From Desulfobulbus propionicus DSM 2032 (lineage in GTDB: Bacteria; Desulfobacterota; Desulfobulbia; Desulfobulbales; Desulfobulbaceae), in NCBI RefSeq assembly GCF_000186885.1, contig NC_014972.1, positions 3,510,001 to 3,542,000 of the forward strand: 32,000 nt of DNA. Reading direction: 5' to 3'. Below the pieces are notes generated by a model. It saw only the letters and a program-made list of their open reading frames with translations. It had not been told where the DNA came from and searched no databases. A program made the position numbers and the translations under genes. Within the stretch, counting starts at the first letter, position 1, and each line of letters opens with the position of its first letter. Below are positions 8,829 to 18,232 of the stretch, in pieces.

Positions 8829-8875
8829 CTTAGAGAGGGCACAGGGCGGCGCCGTTCGCCCTCGACCAAGGCTGA

Positions 8876-9760
<885 letters not shown>

Positions 9761-9796
9761 CAACAACAAACAGATATTCACCAAGGAGCCACTCCC

Positions 9797-10141
9797 ATGT
9801 TGATCATGATCAGAGCCATCATCCGTCCCGAAAAAGCCGACGCCGTCCTCGCCGCCCTCATGGATGCCGGATTTCCCGCAGTAACGAAATATTCTGTCGC
9901 CGGTCGCGGCAAGCAACGCGGCATCAAGATCGGCGAGGTCACTTACGACGAGATCCCCAAGACCATGCTGATGAGCGTCATCAACGAAGAAGACAAGGAG
10001 TTCGTCATCAACACCATCATTAACACCGCCCGTTCCGGGGCCAAGGGGGCCTTCGGCGACGGCAAGATCTTCGTCAGCGACGTCGAGTGCGCCTACACCA
10101 TCAGCTCCGGCGTCAAGGAAGGCGCGGAGGTGGCGGCATGA
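9797..10141 (+). CDS. nifI1: PII-family nitrogenase regulator NifI1
   Basis: 114-aa PII-like protein (MIRAIIRPEK...GDGKIFV) located between nifH and nifD. Confidence 0.85.
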   Translation: MLIMIRAIIRPEKADAVLAALMDAGFPAVTKYSVAGRGKQRGIKIGEVTYDEIPKTMLMSVINEEDKEFVINTIINTARSGAKGAFGDGKIFVSDVECAYTISSGVKEGAEVAA

Positions 10142-10512
10142 AAGAGGTGATCGCCATTGTGCGCATGAACATGATGAACCAGACCAAGAAGGCCCTGACC
10201 GCGGCCGGGGTGGATGCGTTTTTCGCCCATGAGGCCACGGGCCGGGGCAAAGGGTTCGTCAACCCCCAGGTCCTCTCCGGCGCCGAGGAAGGGTATGAAG
10301 AGGCCGCCTCGCTGCTCGGCGAGAAGGGCAAGCTCTATCCCAAGCGGGTGATCACCATTGTCGTCGATGACGACCTTGTCGACACCGTGGTCGACACCCT
10401 GATCACCACCAACAAGACGGGCAAACCGGGCGACGGCAAGGTATTCGTGCTGCCGATCAAGGATTCCGTCCGGGTACGAACGGGCGAAGCCGGAATCAAA
10501 TCGATCTCGTAA
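10138..10512 (+). CDS. nifI2: PII-family nitrogenase regulator NifI2
   Basis: MKEVIAIVRMN...GKPGDGKVFVLPI, with an extended T-loop. The ATG overlaps the nifI1 stop (ATGA). Confidence 0.85.
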   Translation: MKEVIAIVRMNMMNQTKKALTAAGVDAFFAHEATGRGKGFVNPQVLSGAEEGYEEAASLLGEKGKLYPKRVITIVVDDDLVDTVVDTLITTNKTGKPGDGKVFVLPIKDSVRVRTGEAGIKSIS

Positions 10513-10532
10513 CAGCCTAAGGAGAATACAAC

Positions 10533-12170
10533 ATGGCAACGGCAAAGAAAAAGCTCGTTCAGTGGGAACCCACGGACATCAAGAAAGAGCTGCTCAAGAA
10601 ATATCCGGCCAAGGTAGCCCGCAAGCGGGCCAAACAGATCCTGATCAACGAGGCCCTGGAAAACACCACCCCGGAGATCACCGCCAACGTGCGCACCATC
10701 CCCGGCATCATCACCATGCGCGGCTGCACCTACGCCGGCTGCAAGGGCGTGATCATGGGCCCGACCCGCGACATCGTCAACCTGGTGCACGGGCCGATCG
10801 GCTGCAGCTTTTATGCCTGGCTGACCCGGCGCAACCAGACCGACGCCGGGGTCGACGGCGAGAACTACATGCCCTACTGCTTCTCCACCGACATGCAGGA
10901 TTCGGACATCATCTTCGGCGGCGAGAAGAAACTGGCGGCGGCCATCCAGGAGGTCTACGACCTGTTCCACCCCAAGGCGATCACCATCTTCGCCACCTGT
11001 CCGGTGGGGCTGATCGGCGACGACATCCACACCGTTGCCCGCACCATGAAGGAAAAACTGGGCGACTGCAACGTCTTTGCCTTCAGCTGCGAGGGCTACA
11101 AGGGCGTGAGTCAGTCGGCCGGCCACCACATCGCCAACAACCAGGTGTTCACCCACATGGTCGGCGAGAACAACGAACCGAAAGAGGGCGAGTACAAGAT
11201 CAACCTGCTGGGCGAGTACAACATCGGCGGCGACGGTTTCGAGATCGACCGGATCCTGCGCAAGTGCGGCATCACCACCATCTCGACCTTCTCCGGCAAC
11301 TCGACCTACGACCAGTTCGCCAGCGCCCACATGGCCGATTTGAGTTGCGTCATGTGCCATCGCTCGATCAACTACGTGGCCGACATGATGGAAATCAAGT
11401 TCGGCATCCCGTGGATCAAGGTCAACTTCATCGGTGCCAAGTCGACCGCCAAGTCGCTGCGCAAGATCGCCGAGTACTTCGGCGAGCAGAAACTGATCGA
11501 CCGGGTGGAGGCGGTGATCGCCGAGGAGATGCCCCAGGTGGAGGCGGTGCGCCAGGATGTGCTGCCGCGCACCACCGGCAAGACGGCCATGCTCTTTGTC
11601 GGCGGCAGCCGGGCCCATCACTACCAGGATCTGTTTAGCGAAATGGGCATGAAGACCCTTTCCGCCGGGTATGAGTTCGCTCACCGCGACGACTACGAGG
11701 GACGCCACGTCATCCCCCATCTCAAGGTGGATGCCGACAGCCGCAACATCGAGGAAATCGAGGTCGAGGCCGATCCCAAACGTTACCGGCCGCGCAAGAC
11801 CGAGGCGGAACTACAGGCCCTGGCAGCCCAGGGCTTCACATTCAAGGAGTACGATGGCATCCTTCCGGACATGGAAGCCGGCACCCTGGTCATCGACGAT
11901 CTCAACCAGTACGAGGCGGAAAAACTGGTGGAACTGATGCAGCCGGATATCTTCTGCGCCGGCATCAAGGAGAAGTTTTCCATCCAGAAGCTGGGCGTGC
12001 CGATGAAACAGCTGCACAGCTACGACTCCGGCGGACCCTATGCCGGATTCAAGGGCGCGGTCAACTTCTACAGGGAGATCGATCGGCTGGTCAACAGCAA
12101 GGTGTGGGGATACATGAAGGCCCCCTGGCAGGAAAACCCGGAACTCTCGGCCACCTACGTGTGGGAATAA
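10533..12170 (+). CDS. nifD: nitrogenase MoFe protein alpha chain NifD (anaerobe type, with about a 50-aa insertion)
   Basis: CTYAGCKGV, GPIGC, CHRSINY and LHSYDSGGPYAG motifs. The insertion HLKVDADSRNIEEIEVEADPKRYRPRKTEAELQALAAQGFTFKEYDG is typical of group II/III NifD. Confidence 0.95.
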   Translation: MATAKKKLVQWEPTDIKKELLKKYPAKVARKRAKQILINEALENTTPEITANVRTIPGIITMRGCTYAGCKGVIMGPTRDIVNLVHGPIGCSFYAWLTRRNQTDAGVDGENYMPYCFSTDMQDSDIIFGGEKKLAAAIQEVYDLFHPKAITIFATCPVGLIGDDIHTVARTMKEKLGDCNVFAFSCEGYKGVSQSAGHHIANNQVFTHMVGENNEPKEGEYKINLLGEYNIGGDGFEIDRILRKCGITTISTFSGNSTYDQFASAHMADLSCVMCHRSINYVADMMEIKFGIPWIKVNFIGAKSTAKSLRKIAEYFGEQKLIDRVEAVIAEEMPQVEAVRQDVLPRTTGKTAMLFVGGSRAHHYQDLFSEMGMKTLSAGYEFAHRDDYEGRHVIPHLKVDADSRNIEEIEVEADPKRYRPRKTEAELQALAAQGFTFKEYDGILPDMEAGTLVIDDLNQYEAEKLVELMQPDIFCAGIKEKFSIQKLGVPMKQLHSYDSGGPYAGFKGAVNFYREIDRLVNSKVWGYMKAPWQENPELSATYVWE

Positions 12171-12194
12171 CGCAACAACCAAGAGGGTAGAACA

Positions 12195-13568
12195 ATGCTC
12201 CTACGACATACACCCAAGGAAATCAACGAGCGCAGCGCCGTGACCATCAATCCGGCCAAGACCTGCCAGCCCATCGGCGCCATGTACGCGGCACTGGGCA
12301 TCCATGGCTGTCTCCCCCACAGCCATGGATCCCAGGGCTGCTGTGCCTACCACCGCAGCGCCCTGACCCGGCACTACAAAGAGCCGGTCTCGGCCGCCAC
12401 CAGCTCCTTTACCGAAGGATCCTCGGTGTTCGGGGGCCAGGCCAATCTGCTGCAGGCGATCAACAACATCTTTACCGTCTACAACCCGGACGTCATTGCG
12501 GTGCACACCACCTGTCTGTCGGAGACCATCGGCGACGACCTCAACCAGATCTTTGACAAGGCCCGGAAAGAGGGCACTGTGCCGGCGGGCAAGACCCTGG
12601 TCGGGGCCTCCACGCCGAGCTACGTCGGCTCGCATGTGACCGGCTTTGCCAACATGGTCAAGGCCATGGCCGACCTGGCTGAACCCACCGGCAAGAAGAA
12701 CGGCAAGGTCAACGTCATCCCCGGCTGGGTGGAACCCTCGGACATGGAAGAGATCAAGCGGCTGGCCAAGTTGGTGGGCGCGGACATCACCCTGTTCCCG
12801 GATACCTCCGGCGTGCTCAATGGCCCGCTGTCCGGCGAGTACCACATGTTTCCCCAGGGCGGCGTCACCGTGGCCGAACTCAAGGGCTGCGGTGATGCCA
12901 TCGGTACCCTGGCGCTGGGCGACTGGTGCTCGGCCGATGCCGCCCGATTGCTCGACACCAAGCACAAGGTGCCCTGCCGCATTCTCGACATGCCTTACGG
13001 ACTCAAGGCCACCGACCGGTTCATCGACGCCCTGCGCATTATCAGCGGCACCGTGGTTCCGGATGAAGTGTCGTACGAGCGCGGCCAGCTGGTCGACCTG
13101 ATCTCGGACATGCACCAGTACTTCTACCACAAGAAGGTGGCGTTGTTCGGCGACCCCGATCAGTTGATCAGCATGACCGAGTTTCTGGTGTCCATCGACA
13201 TGTGCCCGGTGCATATTGTCACCGGTACGCCCGGCAAGCGGTTCGAGCGACGGATCAAGGAACTGACCAAGGATTCCCCTTTCCCGGTCAATGTCCGCGC
13301 CAAAGGCGACCTGTTCCTCCTGCACCAGTGGATCAAGAACGAGCCGGTGGACCTGCTGATTGGCAACACCTACGGCAAGTACATCGCCCGCGACGAGGAC
13401 ATCCCCTTCATCCGCTGGGGCTTCCCGATCCTGGATCGGCAGGGGCATCAGTACTTCCCGACCGTCGGCTACAAAGGCGGTCTGCGCTTCCTCGAAAAGG
13501 TGCTGAACGCCCTCCTGGATCGGCAGGACCGGGATGCGCCGGAAGAGAAGTTCGAACTGGTCTATTAA
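12195..13568 (+). CDS. nifK: nitrogenase MoFe protein beta chain NifK
   Basis: INPAKTCQPIGAMYAALGIHGCLPHSHGSQGCCAY and TTCLSETIGDD (P-cluster ligand context). It directly follows nifD. Confidence 0.93.
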   Translation: MLLRHTPKEINERSAVTINPAKTCQPIGAMYAALGIHGCLPHSHGSQGCCAYHRSALTRHYKEPVSAATSSFTEGSSVFGGQANLLQAINNIFTVYNPDVIAVHTTCLSETIGDDLNQIFDKARKEGTVPAGKTLVGASTPSYVGSHVTGFANMVKAMADLAEPTGKKNGKVNVIPGWVEPSDMEEIKRLAKLVGADITLFPDTSGVLNGPLSGEYHMFPQGGVTVAELKGCGDAIGTLALGDWCSADAARLLDTKHKVPCRILDMPYGLKATDRFIDALRIISGTVVPDEVSYERGQLVDLISDMHQYFYHKKVALFGDPDQLISMTEFLVSIDMCPVHIVTGTPGKRFERRIKELTKDSPFPVNVRAKGDLFLLHQWIKNEPVDLLIGNTYGKYIARDEDIPFIRWGFPILDRQGHQYFPTVGYKGGLRFLEKVLNALLDRQDRDAPEEKFELVY

Positions 13569-13578
13569 CCACCAACAG

Positions 13579-13625
13579 TCCGGCGGAGGGTTCCTCCTTG
13601 TCCCCCGCCGGATTCTTCGTCTTTC
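13579..13625 (+). terminator. hairpin plus U-rich tract after nifK (possible attenuator or partial terminator)
   Basis: tccggcgg (13579-13586) pairs with ccgccgga (13605-13612), followed by ttcttcgtctttc. Confidence 0.35.
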
Positions 13626-13644
13626 AACCCACGGGTCGACCATC

Positions 13645-14826
13645 ATGCCTGTTATCCCCATCTCCAGCGCCCCCGGCTTTGCCGCCCAGACCGGCGACCC
13701 GGCCATCCCATCCCTACGACTGCCAGTCGCCCCCTTGGCCTTCTGCCGCATGCGCCACGCACCGGAAAGCAAAGCCGGCCCGGCGTTGAGCGCGGCAGAC
13801 GTATTGGCTGAAGTGGACCGCCGTCAAGGTGTGACGCAGGTCGAGCTGAACGGTCCCGGCGATCCCTTGGCCTCGATGCCAACAACCCTGGCGACCGTGG
13901 CCCTGCTCAGGCAGCATTACCCGGACCTGATCATCGGTCTGGCCACGATTGGCCTCGGCGCGGCCGCGCACGCTGCCGAACTGGCGGCGGCCGGGGTGAG
14001 CAAGGTGACCCTTTTGATTGAAACCCTGGACGCGGCCACGGCGGAGCAGCTCTACGCCTGGATCCGCCCCGGCAAGAAAACGCTCCCGCTGGGGGAGGTG
14101 GTGCCGTTTGTGCTGGAGGAACAGGCCAGGGCGGTTCCGGCCCTGGCTGACGCTGGTCTGTCGGTGACGGTCCGCACCACGGTCTGCCCCGGCCTCAATG
14201 CCCACCAGATCGTCACCATCGCGGAAACCATGGCCGAACTGGGCGCAACGGCCATGGAGCTGGTTCCCTTGATGGCCGATCCGCAGCAGGACAAGACCCC
14301 GGGCATGCCGACCCGGGTGCACATGGAGCAGATCGCCAACCTGACCAGCCGCTTCTTGCCGACCAGGTTCCAGCAGGTGGAAACGGATGCCTGTGGTTGC
14401 GACTGCGGCCCGCGCTGCGGCACCGGCGGCTCCTGCGGTTGCGGAGCCAAACCCGTTGCCCAGGCCCCGCTCCCCAAGCCGAGCAGCGAGCGTCCCCGGG
14501 TGGCGGTGGCCAGTGCCACCGGCATGGAGGTCGATCTTCACCTGGGACAGGCCAAGACGCTGCTGGTGTATGGTCCGCGCGAAGACGGACTCGTCTGTCT
14601 TCAGGAAATCCGCCAGGCCCCGGAACCGGGCAGTGGCGAATCGCGCTGGGAACAGTTGGCCGACACCCTGCACGACTGCTTTGCCCTGCTGGCGGCCAGC
14701 GCCGGCCAGCGGCCACGGGAAGTGCTTGCAGGGCGCGGCATCCGGGTCCTCCTCACCGAGGAGAATATCGAGGGCACGGTGGATGTGCTCTACGGCGGCG
14801 GAAAAGGTCAAACATGTAAACGATGA
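13645..14826 (+). CDS. NifB-like / NifX-domain fusion protein lacking the radical-SAM CxxxCxxC motif
   Basis: Collinear with NifB (LPVAP, NGPGDPLA, VTLLIETLD..LYAWI, VCPGLN), but the segment that should carry CNIQCNYC reads LAFCRMRHAPESK. It has a Cys/Gly-rich linker (ACGCDCGPRCGTGGSCGCG) and a C-terminal NifX/NifB-type domain (RVAVASATGMEVDLHLGQA...). The start is uncertain: ATG 13645, with no clear SD. Confidence 0.65.
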   Translation: MPVIPISSAPGFAAQTGDPAIPSLRLPVAPLAFCRMRHAPESKAGPALSAADVLAEVDRRQGVTQVELNGPGDPLASMPTTLATVALLRQHYPDLIIGLATIGLGAAAHAAELAAAGVSKVTLLIETLDAATAEQLYAWIRPGKKTLPLGEVVPFVLEEQARAVPALADAGLSVTVRTTVCPGLNAHQIVTIAETMAELGATAMELVPLMADPQQDKTPGMPTRVHMEQIANLTSRFLPTRFQQVETDACGCDCGPRCGTGGSCGCGAKPVAQAPLPKPSSERPRVAVASATGMEVDLHLGQAKTLLVYGPREDGLVCLQEIRQAPEPGSGESRWEQLADTLHDCFALLAASAGQRPREVLAGRGIRVLLTEENIEGTVDVLYGGGKGQTCKR

Positions 14827-14868
14827 AAACTGCACAACGCATCTGAATCATAACGAAAGGAAGACACC

Positions 14869-15171
14869 ATGGCTATCCCCGAACAACAAATCCTCGTCTG
14901 TCAGAGTTTCCGCACCAAGGGCGATCCCAAGGGTATCTGCCACAAACAGACCGACGGCTTTCTGCAGTACATTGAAGAAGAGATCCTCGATCGCGGCCTG
15001 GACGTGCAGGTCATTGCCACGGGCTGTCTCAAGCAGTGCGAGAACGGCCCGGTGCTGGTGGTGCAGCCGCAGAACTGGTGGTTCAAGGGTGTGACCAGCA
15101 CCGGGATCATCGACGCCATCCTCGACGGTATCGAGGACGGCGAACCGGCCGCCGATTATCTGATCGAGTAG
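14869..15171 (+). CDS. thioredoxin-like [2Fe-2S] ferredoxin
   Basis: 100 aa. The Cys pattern VCQS...ICHK...GCLKQCENGP matches the C. pasteurianum/Aquifex-type 2Fe-2S ferredoxin layout. Confidence 0.75.
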   Translation: MAIPEQQILVCQSFRTKGDPKGICHKQTDGFLQYIEEEILDRGLDVQVIATGCLKQCENGPVLVVQPQNWWFKGVTSTGIIDAILDGIEDGEPAADYLIE

Positions 15172-15193
15172 AACAGCGGCAGGGAACACGTCC

Positions 15194-15646
15194 ATGACCT
15201 TCGTGCGCACCGCCAGGCCGCAGGATCTGGAGCATTTGGTGGAGTTGCTCCGGCTGCTGTTCGCCATTGAAGAGGATTTCAACGTCAACGCCGACAAGCA
15301 GCGCCAGGGGCTGGCTCTGGTCCTCGACGACGAGCGCAGCCGTGTGCTGGTGGCAGAGGTGCACGGAAAGGTTGTCGGCATGTGTACCGGCCAGCTGGTC
15401 ATTTCCACGGCCGAGGGCGGTCCGGCCGTGTTGGTCGAGGACGTGGTGGTCGATCCCGGGCATCGGGGCCAGGGCATCGGACGTGCCCTGCTGGACGCCC
15501 TGGCCACCTGGGCGCGGAACCAGGGGGCCAGCCGAATGCAGCTCCTGGCCGATACCAATAATAGGCCGGCTCTGGTCTTTTACGACCGGCGGGGCTGGCA
15601 ACGGACCGCGTTGATCTGCCTGCGGCGGCACCTATCCGGCATTTGA
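15194..15646 (+). CDS. GNAT family N-acetyltransferase
   Basis: VEDVVVDPGHRGQGIGRALLDAL is the acetyl-CoA-binding motif A (Q/R-x-x-G-x-G/A). Confidence 0.8.
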   Translation: MTFVRTARPQDLEHLVELLRLLFAIEEDFNVNADKQRQGLALVLDDERSRVLVAEVHGKVVGMCTGQLVISTAEGGPAVLVEDVVVDPGHRGQGIGRALLDALATWARNQGASRMQLLADTNNRPALVFYDRRGWQRTALICLRRHLSGI

Positions 15647-15679
15647 AACGCACGCATCCATCGTGCACAGGAGAATCCC

Positions 15680-16123
15680 ATGGCTCCCTTTCTCCCTCCC
15701 GCCCTGGTGGGCTTGAGCGACATCCGCACCCAGGCCATCGAGGACTGGCAGCAGTACAAGCTCGAAGGAGAACAGTTTCTCCGTCTGGCCGAAACAGCCT
15801 TTCGCAAAAAGAAAAAAAACTTCACCACCGAAATCCTCTACAATCTCATCGCCATGGCCATCGAAAAACTGGTGATGAGCGCGCTCATGGAGATCGGCCG
15901 CCTGCCCTACAACCACACCATGCACGACCTGGTCGATGCCCTGGAACAGTGGCTGCCGGACGCGGTCCGCGGCTTGGAGGAATCCATCCGCAACCTGGAC
16001 AGTTACCAGGACATCTGCGATCCGTCTGCGTGGACCGTCAAGGTGCCGACGCCGGCGGAAATCGACATCATGCTCCGAGTGGCGCGACAACTGGAGCAGC
16101 GGCTCGGCGAAGTTTGCCCCTGA
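15680..16123 (+). CDS. HEPN-like domain protein
   Basis: Sequence consistent with an all-helical fold. AIEKLVMSALMEIGRLPYNHTMHDLVDAL contains an R-x4-H motif in the usual HEPN context. Confidence 0.45.
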   Translation: MAPFLPPALVGLSDIRTQAIEDWQQYKLEGEQFLRLAETAFRKKKKNFTTEILYNLIAMAIEKLVMSALMEIGRLPYNHTMHDLVDALEQWLPDAVRGLEESIRNLDSYQDICDPSAWTVKVPTPAEIDIMLRVARQLEQRLGEVCP

Positions 16124-16150
16124 GCCCGGTTCCGCGCGCAACGGCAAAAA

Positions 16151-16182
16151 AAGAGGGGAGCGGTCCGCACCGCTCCCCTCTT
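16151..16182. terminator. strong 13-bp hairpin between convergent genes (terminator; the U-run is on the minus strand)
   Basis: aagaggggagcgg (16151-16163) pairs with ccgctcccctctt (16170-16182), with loop tccgca. An A-run at 16145-16152 gives a U-tract for the minus-strand nuclease transcript. It probably also stops the nif-operon transcript. Confidence 0.75.
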
Positions 16183-16288
16183 GTCGAGGCCATTCTCATT
16201 CGCCTTTGCCTTCAAGAGAGCCCGTTCATAAACTGACAACTTGAAAGCGAATTGGAATCAGCTCGTTACCGGTGGTGTCAATTGCCCC

Positions 16289-16762
16289 CTATCGCTTGCC
16301 TGCGCGGCGGAACTCCCAGGGAGGCACCGCGCCCGGCTCGCTCCAGAGCCCGGCCCGCGTGGCCTTGGCGGCCTCTTCCATCTTGACCCATTTTTCGCAG
16401 AAGTCCTCCTTGCAGGAGGGGCGATGCACCCACGCCTGCCCATTGACCACCATCAGTTCGTTGATGTTATCGCCACCAAGAGAAACGATCCCCATTGTCC
16501 GGCCGTTTTTGTCCGCCTTCTTTGGTTCGATATCCACCCGTTCCCCCTTGACGAACGAACCAAGGAACTCCTTGGACTTTTTACCGTAACTTTGCCTCGG
16601 CTCGGGGGCGTCAATACCATAAAGACGAACGCGTTTTTTTTTGTTGTCATGGAGCACGGTGATGGCGTCCCCCTCGTCCACCGACACGACTTTTCCGGAA
16701 TAGGCAAAAGCAGGGGCTTGCATCAACGCCACGACCATGCACAGCAAAAAGAACCATCTCAT
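16289..16762 (-). CDS. secreted thermonuclease (SNase-like) family protein
   Basis: Signal peptide MRWFFLLCMVVALMQAPAFA. VRLYGIDAPE..Q.YG is the staphylococcal-nuclease motif. I chose ATG 16762; the track ORF begins at GTG 16774. Confidence 0.8.
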   Translation of the reverse strand: MRWFFLLCMVVALMQAPAFAYSGKVVSVDEGDAITVLHDNKKKRVRLYGIDAPEPRQSYGKKSKEFLGSFVKGERVDIEPKKADKNGRTMGIVSLGGDNINELMVVNGQAWVHRPSCKEDFCEKWVKMEEAAKATRAGLWSEPGAVPPWEFRRAGKR

Positions 16763-16974
16763 TATTGTCCACACTCCTTATTCATTGCTCACAGAGATTT
16801 CCCCCCTCTTAACCGATTTGCCCCTGGGTTTTCCACGTAAAAATCGACTCCGGCGACAATCCCTTAACCATCCGGATAATCAGCCGATATTTAAATATTT
16901 TTGCCCGCATCGGGACGACTCGAACTAAACCGGCGACGCACCGCACCGCATGACCACTCGTGGTGTTTTTACCT

Positions 16975-17028
16975 ATTTTTCCGATATGCCGGAAAAATCG
17001 CACGAATTGTTCGGTTTTTCGAAAAAAC
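16975..17028 (+). promoter_or_regulatory. cluster of A/T-tract inverted repeats (candidate enhancer-binding-protein sites)
   Basis: atttttccg (16975-16983) / cggaaaaat (16990-16998) is a perfect 9-bp inverted repeat with a 6-nt spacer. tttttcgaaaaa (17015-17026) is a 12-bp palindrome. Both lie about 95-145 bp upstream of the -24 element at 17121. Confidence 0.4.
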
Positions 17029-17120
17029 AAACCAGCCTGTTCCGGCACGCCGAAACCTCAACGACAAATACAGGTTCTAATTTATTGAATTATATTGATA
17101 TTTTTTTCATGAACACATTC

Positions 17121-17135
17121 TGGAGCGCATATTGC
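17121..17135 (+). promoter_or_regulatory. sigma54 promoter candidate for the PEP-CTERM gene
   Basis: TGGAGC-gcata-TTGCa with correct GG-N10-GC spacing, about 75 nt upstream of ATG 17209. Confidence 0.6.
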
Positions 17136-17208
17136 ATACTCCAAAGTAATCAAAGCAACGTTGCCACCACCCCATACAAGGATCAGGCACAACGAAGGCA
17201 GGTGGAAT

Positions 17209-17424
17209 ATGAAGTGGATTATCGGGATGAGTTGTTTAGTGGGCTCCCTGTTGCTGGCGGCAACAGGTTCGGAAAGTGCGATTTTTCATGCCGCGGGTGT
17301 CTCTGAGATTCTGCACCGTGGCGACATCATGCGGTTGCATCAGGTGCCGGAACCGGCAACCATGTTTCTTTTGGGAACCGGCTTGATCGGCTTGTCCGCG
17401 ATCATCAGGAAGAAGATGCGGTAA
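17209..17424 (+). CDS. small PEP-CTERM sorting-domain protein
   Basis: 71 aa. The SD aggtgg precedes the start. N-terminal signal peptide MKWIIGMSCLVGSLLLAA. The C-terminus VPEPATMFLLGTGLIGLSAIIRKKMR is the PEP motif plus a TM helix plus a basic tail. Confidence 0.8.
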   Translation: MKWIIGMSCLVGSLLLAATGSESAIFHAAGVSEILHRGDIMRLHQVPEPATMFLLGTGLIGLSAIIRKKMR

Positions 17425-17454
17425 CCGGTTGCAGCCGGGGAGATGCATGCCGAG

Positions 17455-17482
17455 GCAGGGCCGAACAGGTCCTGCTTTTTTT
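17455..17482 (+). terminator. Rho-independent terminator
   Basis: gcagggcc/aggtcctgc form an 8-bp stem (one G-U pair) with loop gaac, followed by TTTTTTT (17476-17482). Confidence 0.7.
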
Positions 17483-17549
17483 GTCCACGGGAAACGCTCC
17501 GCCTTCTCCCTCGACATTCCCGCTGAAAACTAGACAGCAAACACACCAC

Positions 17550-18224
17550 TCAGGCCATCAGTTCCCAATAAGGATACAGCGGTGGGAAGGCCGAAGCGAT
17601 ATCCACCCGTTCCATTTCCGCCGCGAGTTTTTCGAGCACGGCACGATCCCCGGCGGCCTCGGCGAATTCGTGCACGCCGTCACCGATTCCGCGCAGTGCG
17701 CGCAGGAGGTGGTCACTCATCCCGGACCGAACCGCCTCCACCGTGAACAGCGCGCGTAGGGACGGAAAATGAAAGTCCGCCGCGAACAGATCATGCTGCT
17801 CGGCGGGCAACCGACGCACCGTGGCGTTGATCCATTGGGTGAACACCCGTGAAAAGAGCATGCCAGCCTGCCCCTGCATGGCCTTGTATTCCGGGAACAG
17901 CCGCTCGGCGGGATGGGTCCGCTGCCGCTGGCGGACAAATTCGACAAATCCCAATGTGGAAAGCATGGGGTGCAGAGGGATGTCGCGGGCCACTGTTCCG
18001 GGACGCCCGTTCCAGGGCGCCCTTGCCGCGACATGCATGATCCACAACCCGTGTCGCTGCCGCACGTCGTTGGCGGTCAGCAAAAAAATCTCGTCGCGCG
18101 TGGTTCCGGAGCAGACGGAGATCAAAGGGGCCCAATAGTGGGACAGAAAACCGGCCTTCTGGAAGGCACGAAAATTTTCCCGGGCAAATAACAGCGCCAG
18201 CGCCTCAGGGGTGAAGGGTGGCAT
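17550..18224 (-). CDS. tyrosine-recombinase catalytic-domain-like protein, N-terminally truncated and probably inactive
   Basis: SGTTRDEIFLLTANDV (Arg-I box) and ARDIPLHPML are present. The box II region reads FPSLRALF (H-x-x-R becomes P-S-L-R), and the expected nucleophile context reads VHEFAEA (Phe where Tyr is expected). No N-terminal SAM-like/core-binding domain is present. I chose the start at 18224, after the upstream stop at 18233; 18248 is an alternative. Confidence 0.5.
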   Translation of the reverse strand: MPPFTPEALALLFARENFRAFQKAGFLSHYWAPLISVCSGTTRDEIFLLTANDVRQRHGLWIMHVAARAPWNGRPGTVARDIPLHPMLSTLGFVEFVRQRQRTHPAERLFPEYKAMQGQAGMLFSRVFTQWINATVRRLPAEQHDLFAADFHFPSLRALFTVEAVRSGMSDHLLRALRGIGDGVHEFAEAAGDRAVLEKLAAEMERVDIASAFPPLYPYWELMA

Positions 18225-18232
18225 GGAGGTGT

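Noticed and set aside
13534-13644. Track start of the NifB-like ORF at 13534, overlapping the end of nifK.
   Set aside because: It overlaps the nifK coding sequence and a hairpin/U-tract. NifB-like similarity begins only around LRLPVAP. ATG 13645 is the first start downstream of nifK, although that start itself is uncertain.
16809-17306. Track ORFs 16809-17048 (-) and 16950-17306 (+) in the AT-rich region upstream of the PEP-CTERM gene.
   Set aside because: They fall in promoter and repeat DNA and have no SD. The second overlaps the well-supported PEP-CTERM ORF out of frame.
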